Source: Haliotis cracherodii
Taxonomy: Eukaryota
Direction: 5' to 3'
Assembly: GCF_022045235.1 (NCBI RefSeq)
Contig: NW_027266274.1
Span: 4,092,001-4,156,000, forward strand
DNA: 64,000 nucleotides
Positions within the stretch are counted from its first letter, which is position 1. Each line of letters opens with the position of its first letter. The notes below the pieces were generated by a model. The model did no database searches, was not told where the DNA came from, and saw only the letters and a list, made by a program, of their open reading frames with translations. Made by a program: the position numbers and the translations under genes. Positions 54,528 to 64,000 of this stretch are shown here, in pieces.

Positions 54528-55305
54528 GTTCGGTAGGCATTTACAAGTTGATTTGTCTTCGGTAGGCATTTACAAGTTGACTTGTGTTCGGTAGGCATTT
54601 ACAAGTTGACTTGTCTTCGGTAGGCATTTACAAGTTGACTTGTCTTCGGTAGGCATTTACAAGTTGACTTGTCTTCGGTAGGCATTTACAAGTTGACTTG
54701 TCGTTGGTAGGCATTCACAAGTTGACTTGTCGTTGGTAGGCATTTACAAGTTGACTTGTCATTGGTAGGCATTTACAAAGTGACTTGTCATTGGTAGGCA
54801 TTTACAAGTTGACTTGTCATTGGTAGGCATTCACAAGTTGACTTGTCATTGGTAGGCATTCACAAGTTGACTTGTCGTTGGTAGGCATTTACAAGTTGAC
54901 TTGTCATTGGTAGGCATTTACAAAGTGACTTGTCATTGGTAGGCATTTACAAGTTGACTTGTCTTCGGTAGGCATTTACAAGTTGACTTGTCATCGGTAG
55001 GCATTCACAAGTTGACTTGTTGTTGGTAGGCATTTACAAGTTGACTTGTCATTGGTAGGCATTCACAAGTTGACTTGTCATCGGTAGGCATTCACAAGTT
55101 GACTTGTTGTTGGTAGGCATTTACAAGTTGACTTGTCATTGGTAGGCATTCACAAGTTGACTTGTCATTGGTAGGCATTTACAAGTTGACTTGTCATTGG
55201 TAGGCATTTACAAAGTGACTTGTCATTGGTAGGCATTTACAAGTTGACTTGTCATTGGTAGGCATTCACAAGTTGACTTGTCATTGGTAGGCATTTCCAA
55301 GTTGA
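54528..55305. repeat. 29-bp minisatellite, about 27 copies, with an internal palindrome
   Basis: Unit GGTAGGCATTTACAAGTTGACTTGTCATT; ACAAGT-TG-ACTTGT hairpin. Confidence 0.95.
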
Positions 55306-58282
55306 AGGACATCATGATCATGAACATATGAAACTGTCATGGGGAACAATTTCTTAGCTGTTTGTCACAATGTTTCAGGGCTACTTCTTCAAACAACAAA
55401 GATATATCCATATAGGTTTTATGCCTACCTTTATTTTGAGCAAATACTAAGAGTGGAGCTGTGACAGCTTTGGTTTCCCAAAGACCTACCAATAAACCAC
55501 ATCATAGATTTCTATTGTGTCACTGAAAACCTTTACACGGCCAAAGTTCTGTTACAAAAACTAACGAAAAGGAATTTTACAATTACATTAAGCTCAAGAA
55601 TGAAGAAAATGTAAAAACAGAGCCATTAGCATTTCAAACAAAAGAGCACCTTCTCTATTAGCTAGTTAATCACTGACTGTTTTGATGCAGTTAGCTTTTC
55701 TGTCCACGTGACAAACTTGAAGGGTTATACAAACGCACTGTCAGAGTATACAGTTATCCTGTTTTTGCAATATTTGGGCATCAGGCTTTATTTGAACGGA
55801 GCCTCACATTGTCACAGACGGTTTCTGAAAGTCAAGTCAAACGTTGACAAACCATTGTATAAATTGCCTGTAATCCAGTGTATATATAAACAAAGAGATT
55901 GAAGCTTTCTGCACCATTATATCTTCACTTGCAATACACCAATGTCATATTTACTGCTCCGGAGAACACAATATTTGAGAGGGGACTCCTAGTGTACAAG
56001 GCTTAAGAACAAACTGGCTAAAGTCAAATGTGTTAACTGACTTACAGACATACAAATTTCCCCTATATGGAATAACATGTGCTATTTCCCTTATCACAAA
56101 TTACATAAAATATGAGTTGACACAATGACAGTAAATATATCAACTTTTCAAATTTGATAATTTTGCACCGCTGCATCAAAAAACCTCCTTAAATAAATGT
56201 TGCATTATCCTCATTTCAATTAAACGTAATATTTGATAAGTGAAATAAGTTAAATCTAATATTTTGATAGATTCATTTGTTCATTTAAATCATTGTGGAC
56301 TAGTGTTATAGAATGCTGTTTATCATTTGTTTTCACCTGTGATTATTAGCATGATAGTTTAACATGGTGCAGGTTAACAATTATGATTGCACTGCTCATG
56401 GACTTTCAGGCACATGTAATTAAGACAACTTACACAAAAGCTTGTTATATCATTCTATTGTAACAATAATTTAAATCAAGGAAATATTTCACATACTTTC
56501 CCAAGCTTGTCACCCCAATTCTTAAATTCTGAGAGGACTTTTTCACTCACTTTTTAACAACCAATATTGAATCAAGATGGACGAAGGGAGATAACCCACT
56601 TCAGATCCCTCCCCCTAGAAATTCGTTATCATCATATAAATAAGATTGGCTTGCCTGCAGTCGTCTTTCACTGGACCTGTCATCGGGGGATCGGCCCCCC
56701 TACTGTAGATGGGTAACTTGAAGAGCTGCACATGTCACAATGAGTCACCGTGATAATGAAAATAATTCCACGAATGCTCATCCTGCTTGGAGATAGTGAT
56801 GTCATTGAGACATTTTAATGTGTTATAATGAGCCCATTGTGAAAGGACTGTCATCTGATTATCTCTAGAGCTGATTTATAAATTTTTCTCTGAACAAACA
56901 TTGAATCTTTCTCAACTTATTTCAATATTTGGAAGTGGAACTTATTTTTTAGAAAAAGGTTTTATCTGTTGTCATATATTTATCTTCATAAAAATAAATA
57001 TGGCTATTGTGGAAAGTGTTAGTCTCTTGTACAATGCTTCTGTTTTGCCTTTACCAGTTTTTTAAATGTTACAGGTATTCTAAGGGCAAGAAGAATTTCA
57101 AACATTTAGGGAGGGGGGATGGGGTGGGTGGGAATTGCTATATGTTATCATTATTCTTGCTGATAGACTTTTGTGGTTAACTTCTACGCCTATAGGTATG
57201 TGTAGTTGATATTCAGTCCCTGTATGTGTTTTGTTCACGTTATTGTAACTATCTTGATTGGAACATAGTTGTACACTCTCAACTCCATGAGGAGTATACA
57301 ACCAAACTTACAGGTCAAGCAATCCTTATAACAGTCGAAACAGGAAATTATGTAGAAACATTTTTTCCTTATTTGAATATGTTTCAGGAAACATGCACAA
57401 CAATGAGTCATGGGTAAAATAATTTAACCCAGACAGTCTCATGGATAATAGTATTTTAAGTCCTAAAGTCATCATTAAGTCATCCATTGTCAATTTGATA
57501 ACAAATGCAAAGTTGTCCTTTCTATAAAGATTGCTTCATAAACACCTCAGAAGTGTGTCCATTATTTGAACAGGAAGCTTTTTTTTCAAAACTACTTATG
57601 CTTTGCAACACACTCTGCAATGTAGTTGCACAATCTTTCAACATGTTGAAACAGAGCTAGTTTCTAGTTATGTGATACAGGTATGACAAAAACACTCCAT
57701 TTCCACTCCTACCCCAGGAACACCACCATGCATGGACAATATGCTCCCAGTGACTCACCCCGCTGACATGTGAACCACTTACGTTACACAGGACTCCAGC
57801 TGACTGCCTCTGGTTACATGTAACTCACGGCCTGTGGACAGCCACAACTCTCAATGGAATTCCTTACATGATCTGGGAGCAGACCAACATTTCCCATGTC
57901 TAGCCCTGCTCCAGGAGTAGCTTTAGTCCAGTCATTCCTATGTCGTTCAACATCATCTAACTGTATGCTTCCAGGGCTGTTGTGATAAAATCAGTTATGC
58001 CTTCGTTGAGCCATCCTGCCAGATTAGTTGATGTACTTTGTAATCATGATACACAATTGTAATGATATTATTCCTGGCTTGAATGAATCTCTGGTTATGT
58101 GGTTATTAAGAGTCTCAGTTTTATTCATTTATGGGACAAAAATACTTATATCTGTAAGCTGAATTTCATATAAGGAGAATGATTGCAATTGACTGTCTCA
58201 CCGACATTGACAACTTGCAACAGTTTGTAGAGGTTGAACTGGTGATGAACACGAGACATTATTCATCATCCATTAACTCATG

Positions 58283-58566
58283 GGAGCACGGGTGGCCCAC
58301 ATTGTCTAAGGTACTGCAATTAATTGTGCAGAGTTGTGTCCCTTGGGCATGCCAGAAACCTATGATTGTGGGTTCTAATCCTGGTTCGCCCCGATTATTT
58401 GTCTAGGTTTGTTAGCACCATGCCCGTGCTCGAGGGTTTCACCAAACTGGTAAACGTCAGAGTCCTGCATCACTTCGGGCTTTCCTCCAACATTAAGCTG
58501 ACACACCGTGATATAACTGGAATACTGTTAAAAGCGGCATTGAACCAACTCACTCACTCACTCACT
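58283..58566 (+). mobile_element. tRNA-derived SINE with (CACT)n tail
   Basis: A-box-like GGTGGCCCA, B-box-like GGGTTCTAATCC, and 3' GGAATACTGTTAAAAGCGGC...CTCACTCACTCAC; a reverse 3' fragment lies at about 976-1045. Confidence 0.6.
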
Positions 58567-59081
58567 ATTACCTTTTCTTACAGCTGCATTGTCTGAAACA
58601 TTTCTCCTACCTACACAGATCTGCCTCTAGTAGGAACACCTGTGATTTCATGACCCCTCCACTCCATCAATGTCTCACTGCTACACAAAGTTTTCACTTT
58701 CTCTGACTATTTCCCAAAGACACCAGTCTCTCACACTGAACTCCTGCTGGCCGACCTATATGTCAGTCTACAATGGCCTCAATATCACTGAGATGAAATA
58801 CACCCCAAGAAATATACATATCAACACACAGAGCTACAGTGTTGGGGAAACTGAACCTGTGCTGGGACACAAATGAAAATACCTCAGCCCCACTTTGCCA
58901 GTTATTTGTTGACTCAGTCAACATTTGTAATAACAAGGTGATATTATTTGGACACTTGTCAAATTTTACAGATATAAAAACATGTGATGAGATGGGCCCC
59001 TCCTCCTGTGATGACAGCGTACATGCACACTGAGCATGTCTCACAGCACCAACACTGCACTGCTAACCAGCTTCCCTCCAG

Positions 59082-59187
59082 GGCGCACTGGCACAAAGCA
59101 ATCTTAGCGCTAAGATGATCGTAACTCCCATACTCAACATAGGCTTATGATAGTCTTAGTGCTAAGATCGCTTTGTGCAAGTGGGAC
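59082..59187. mobile_element. Same PIF/Harbinger-like MITE family, copy 2, opposite orientation
   Basis: GGCGCACTGGCACAAAGCAATCTTAGCGCTAAG...CTTAGTGCTAAGATCGCTTTGTGCAAGTGGGAC; flanked by CAG and CTG. Confidence 0.72.
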
Positions 59188-59418
59188 CTGTGCATTTGTA
59201 TGCAACTAGTTCCAACAGCAGCAGCAGGAGACAAAGGTTCATCACAAGTATCCAAGACCATGGGATGAACGTTTTCTGGAAGTAACCATGCAATATGCAA
59301 ATAATGCTCCTTGTTCCTTACTGATCAATGGGACCCCTAGAATCAAGCTACATCTTGTAAATAGGGTGTTGATTTTGGTGAATATTTGTTTGCAGAGACT
59401 AAATACTAGCCTACTAAC

Positions 59419-59595
59419 CTCAGTATCAGCTGTAAAATCAACCAGTAAATTTCCATCCACTGCTCCCTTGCTTTCAATAGTTGGGCTAGGCCCAAAAGGG
59501 TCGAAATCATCTGCAGCCCCAGAGCCCTGGGTTGTTCCATTTGTCTCAGAAGGGGTAGACTCCCCGAAATCTAACAGTGAGTCAAACTGAGACAT
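59419..59595 (-). CDS. First coding exon (exon A, 59 aa) of a large unidentified multi-isoform gene; disordered N-terminus MSQFDSLLDFG...DDFDPFGP...LLVDFTADTE
   Basis: Acceptor tcctttgtttcag| at 59627, ATG at 59595, donor GAG|GTTAGT after 59419. The 177 nt give 59 codons ending in phase 0, matching the phase-0 acceptor of the 40261 exon. Confidence 0.78.
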
Positions 59596-60652
59596 CCTTC
59601 ATGCACTGATATAGTCACTTTTTGTATCTGAAACAAAGGAAAATACTTTCATTACACATGGCATACAGGAACCCTTCAAAAACAATCAGAGATGTCAACC
59701 ACAATGTTCCAAATTCAGCTTAACAGTGTCTCAGGACACAAACTGCATTGTGTTTTGTATAATGAAATCTTATTAAAACATAATGAATATTCATGTTGGC
59801 CTCATTTGGTATGACCATGCATTCAACTGGGAACTGTCAACAGGCACCCCGAGACAGACACAAGGACCTTGTTCACCACAGGAGATGCCTGCCAGAAACA
59901 CTGCGACCCTTTTCAGCATGAGACGGCACAGTTTGGCCCTACTACCCATATCACTAAATAGTATGTCAAACACTTCACTCAAATTAGTGTGTCATACAGT
60001 CCATGCAAGTCTATAATAGTTGGCAGGTCTAGATTACTGTCATACAGACCCTGAAACAAATATATCCAATACAGCCCATGCAAGTCTATAATGTTTGGCA
60101 AGTCTAGATAACTGCAAATGAAGAAAGTCTCTGGGTTCCTTTTTATTATATTTTATAACTATAATTTAACAACTGTTTTTTTCTGTAAATATGTTCATTT
60201 AAGAGACTAGGTGTTAGTCTACACTTCAAAGTCAATTTCTATCTATGTTTAACATATTTTGTCCAATATCCAAAAGCAATCTCAAATATTTAATTGAAAG
60301 AAAGTTCTTTTCTCTAGGTCATGAACTTCATAGAAATAATCTCAAAGCAGATCTGAAGAATTTAAATATATTTTTGTATTTATGGCGCCAGTCTGAAAGT
60401 TTGCCAAGTCTCTATTTGCGGGCAGCACTTCCAGAAGAAAGAGAAGTCTGCAGAATTAGCAGCAGCAGCAGGTCGTGCTGACCATGTGGTTAGGTACTGT
60501 GGCTGGAGACCATCCCTCCCCCAATCCTCAGCAATCACTCCTTCCGTGAAGGACGGAAATAGAACCTGTATATAAAGTATGTTGTTCATCTTCTGGAACT
60601 CATCTGGAATCTCTCTTAAAATAGCACTTTCCTAGTGGAACATACCACATTC

Positions 60653-60814
60653 TACAGCAAATATGTTTATAACGAACACGCTTGTAACAATCTGACGGAT
60701 TTGACAAACTTATATTTAGGTCCCAGCCATTTGCTGTATATAAGCTAATAACCAACTATGGTTATAATGTACTAAAATTTGTGGCCCCTTTGAGTTATAA
60801 CCGTACTTTACTGC
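60653..60814. mobile_element. Degraded Tc1/mariner-type MITE
   Basis: Inverted ends TACAGCAAATATGTTTATAAC / GTTATAACCGTACTTTACTG. Confidence 0.45.
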
Positions 60815-61066
60815 GCATGCTGATGAGCAAGTCATCTACACAGCCCCACCATCCTTATATCATCCAGTGACAGGATGGTACATTCAACAGATATGTTCTA
60901 ACACTTAATAGCTGGGGTGTTTGTTTACCGAGTATTGAATCCACTACAGAGTATTGATAAAGCCTGTAAAAAATACAAAATGATATTTTATTATGTTTGG
61001 TGACAACAATATCTAGGCAAGTCCCAGCAACAAGTTTTCTCACATTTATAAATTGGACCTGCTGAT

Positions 61067-61228
61067 TGAGTGAGTGAGTGAATATGGTTTTACGCCGCTT
61101 TTAGCAATATTCCAGCAATATCAAAGACGGGGACACCAGAAATGGGCTTCACATATTGTACCCATGTCAGGATTTTAACGCGGATCTTCGGCATGACGCT
61201 TTAATCACCAGGCTACCTGACCACCCCA
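61067..61228 (-). mobile_element. tRNA-derived SINE with (CACT)n tail
   Basis: The reverse strand reads GGTAGCCTGGTGATTAAAGCG...GCCGAAGATCC...ATGGGTACAA...GGAATATTGCTAAAAGCGGCGTAAAAC...CACTCACTCAC. Confidence 0.7.
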
Positions 61229-62374
61229 CCTGCTGATTGTAGAATATTCCACATTTTAACTGACACTCAAACACAGCCAGCTAACATGTCAAGTATTTGT
61301 CAGTTTTTATCCTGTCAGACGACAATGTAGGAGAGGTCACATCTGTGATGAGTTTCAAATGAAATATATCCAACGTGACCACTGTCACATGAAATACCTT
61401 GACACCTGTCCAGTCATCTTAAGATTCTGACCAGTCAGAGATGAATACCATGCTTACATGAATATTATTTCTAAACAGTATTTATGTCCACTTGGTCCAG
61501 TGAAAGGGGATTGACAAACTGGCAGAGCCTATATAAATATCTCTCCCGTTAAAAGTTCGAACAAGCAGCAGTAGTATATCTGTCATAAAGTAGTATAAAC
61601 TTGATATTATGTCACATGAGGTAAATCAAAGGCTGTGGGTGAGATATATATATAAGAGTGAATGTTTATACAAATCTTTTGATCACAGAGAAGAAATGAA
61701 GCACAGAATCAACGATATTGAGAAGTATTTCTTCGTCTAGGTTGACATTACCAAACAGGACAGTTCGAAGGTCACGCCCATTTACCTATTCATGCTTTTT
61801 ATAACAGTCACACGCATAAAACCCATATCTAACCAGGAACACATGGATATGAAAGCATACAATACGACAAAACATTCCAGTTCAGTATTTATTTAACCTA
61901 TTCTTGCAATAACATTTACATAGGAATCAAACCGCATTCTGTGACAAACACCATCATGTGGAAACAATGCTCAATTTAGAATTAGTGATTGTTTGATGTT
62001 ACACAGTATTGGTAAAATTGCAAGTGTTTCACCATTACAGCCTTTCACACATGTCTGCTACACAGTATTTATCACAGCAATATTCTATGTATTTATATTC
62101 ATTATTAATGTCACTATTTCCACAGACGTATCACACTTTACTGAGTTCATTGTTTACTATTTACACTGTTGTTCACTGTCCGTGTATATGTTTATGGAAC
62201 TTGTGACCAACCCATTTGACTTTTTAATCTTGACAATATGTTTCAAACAAAATATTTTGTAACACAGTAACATCTGATTGCTATGAAAAATACTTGCATA
62301 GCATGAATTCAGTCATGTATATATGTACATAATATAAAAGCTGATTTGGTACAAAATATTCCTTGCATAGGATG

Positions 62375-62476
62375 ACTTACTTACTTACTTACTTTGGAGA
62401 TTTAACGTGCACTTTCTGACTGATGCGTATTTCGCACACGGGCCCGGCCAGGCCATTTAATGTGTTTCCGAAAGGG
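62375..62476 (-). mobile_element. Deu/Nin-domain SINE remnant with (TAAG)n tail
   Basis: TTTAACGTGCAC...CACACGGG...TTTAATGT...TCCGAAAG resembles the Deu/Nin core in reverse orientation, next to (ACTT)n. Confidence 0.45.
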
Positions 62477-62989
62477 GCGAAAGTGGTCTGTGCAACCCAA
62501 GAAGGGGCTTTAGGGGATGCTTATACAGAATTTGGGAATTTTGAGATTTGGAATAGCTGCCGATGGGGTTGGGGAGGAGAACTAAGGGAGCTGGGTACGG
62601 TGGATGTTTGTTTGTTTATGTGATTTTGATTTGGTAGATTATTGTGTTTTTAGATGTGTTTTGTTAGTTCCGTTTTGATTAAGAATACGCCTAAGGTACG
62701 CCTCATGTATATATGTACCAACATAACAGCTGACCCGCCCCTCTCATTAGGCCCATGTGGTGTGATGTACACACAGCATATCCGTGACATGTCACAGCAA
62801 GTGTGTCACATCTTGCCATCACTCCGACACCTGCACATATCAGCACTATAATGAAACTACAGACTGCGGCAGTGATGGTCAGTTTACAAGGACATAGACA
62901 CTATGCAGACATGGACTCGTATCTGACACAACACACACACAAATGGGATGTTATTAAGATATTTACCAGAAATGAATCTATGAGGTAGT

Positions 62990-63160
62990 GGTGAGGTGAA
63001 ATGGGGTTTTACATCGCGTCCAAGATTATTGCACTAATATAGCAGCGTGCATGCACGTGTATGTGCTTGTACTAGTCCGGACTGATGCCGACTTATAGTG
63101 CTAGCTCACTGAGATACCATGCTGCAGTTTATCATGAATACCCCACTCAGACACAGGATA
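62990..63160 (-). mobile_element. SINE fragment, same family as 2276-2532
   Basis: Shared GTGAGGTGAA...GTGCATGCACGTG...TTATAGTGCTAGCTCACTGAGATACCATG. Confidence 0.6.
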
Positions 63161-63219
63161 TGATAGATAATAAAAACATGTATCATGATAATTCCTGAAA
63201 GAATGAGGGAAGTACATAC

Positions 63220-63400
63220 CTCAACGTACTAAGAGTGTTGAGAGGTGGCCATGTACACCTGTATACCTGACTGAGGTGGTCAGTGAGATATCAACACCCC
63301 TCGTTAACCTGTCGTCTCCCACATGTAGGTCAGTGACAATACACACCGTGCAGCCCAGTGCCGGCACCTGTATTGTCGCTGTCACACAGCAGATGTGAGA
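63220..63400 (-). other. Candidate non-coding 5'UTR exon upstream of exon A
   Basis: Donor GAG|GTATGT after 63220. Exon A has an acceptor, so an upstream exon is required. The 5' boundary is approximate. Confidence 0.3.
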
Positions 63401-64000
63401 ACAGACTCTCAGTCATAACACAAGTCATGACAATAGGGCAACATTGAATAAACATTCATTACTTCTTAATGTTTGGTATTTCCAATAAAATATAGTCTTA
63501 AGTATAGGTACAAGTTATTGATTTTTAACATGTTTAAAGCATCTTAAGATATAGGAAGACCTTTTCATGATAACTTAATTTAATTCTTTGGAATGTATTT
63601 TACACCTCAGAACTCTAATCCACAATGCCTTCATCATATATACTGGATTCCAAATGGTGACGGTTTATTCTGAGGGAAAGCAAGTTTGCTCGCACACGCC
63701 AGAATATGAGATGGATTTCTCCCCATGTCCGCACACCACAACATTACAGTGTATAAGTATGCTGTATACAGCATTATTTACAGCTCAGCTAGCAAACATG
63801 CAGCCATGGACCTTGCTACAATCACATCATGTTAACTTATGCAAGCATACTAACCTCCAGAGACACCATCCGATGTCCCTACATGGGCTAGACGTCCACC
63901 CTAACCAATTGACGAAGCACTATTTTGGAGACTGTTTGCTCCAAGGAATGAAGTAAAAATCAATATATAGGCGAGAAGGCTTGACATCTAATACAGCCTC

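Noticed and set aside
54528-55305. CRISPR-like array (29-bp palindromic repeat); likewise the 25-39 bp arrays elsewhere
   Set aside because: The units are head-to-tail with no unique spacers, there are no cas genes, and the context is a eukaryotic intron.
17252-59595. Assigning a gene name (for example reticulon-, MAP- or LIM/actin-binding-like)
   Set aside because: No folded domain is present in the window, and composition and short motifs are not diagnostic.
61067-61228. tRNA gene (also 58283-58390)
   Set aside because: Only degenerate A/B boxes without a cloverleaf, followed by a SINE body and simple-repeat tail.

Overview
AT-rich (roughly 38-40% GC by eye), intron-rich animal genomic DNA. 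The SINE families with (CACT)n tails suggest a gastropod mollusc, possibly abalone-like; this is an inference, not a database result. No prokaryotic features, CRISPR arrays or true tRNA/rRNA genes were found. The window appears to hold the 5' portion of one large minus-strand, multi-promoter gene whose conserved core lies left of position 1, so it cannot be named. Phase-compatible GT-AG exons can be chained as 59595-59419, 40261-39173, 20914-20783 and 17315-17252. A giant 4.7-kb acidic repeat exon (25970-21231) is an alternative N-terminus, and several short alternative first exons end in the same phase. The introns carry at least ten unrelated minisatellites, a TG-rich tract with an assembly gap, SINEs, several MITE families with recognisable TSDs, a LINE remnant, and two palindromic Penelope-like elements bearing degenerate hammerhead-ribozyme motifs. 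Most other entries in the ORF track are artefacts of repeats or antisense shadows.
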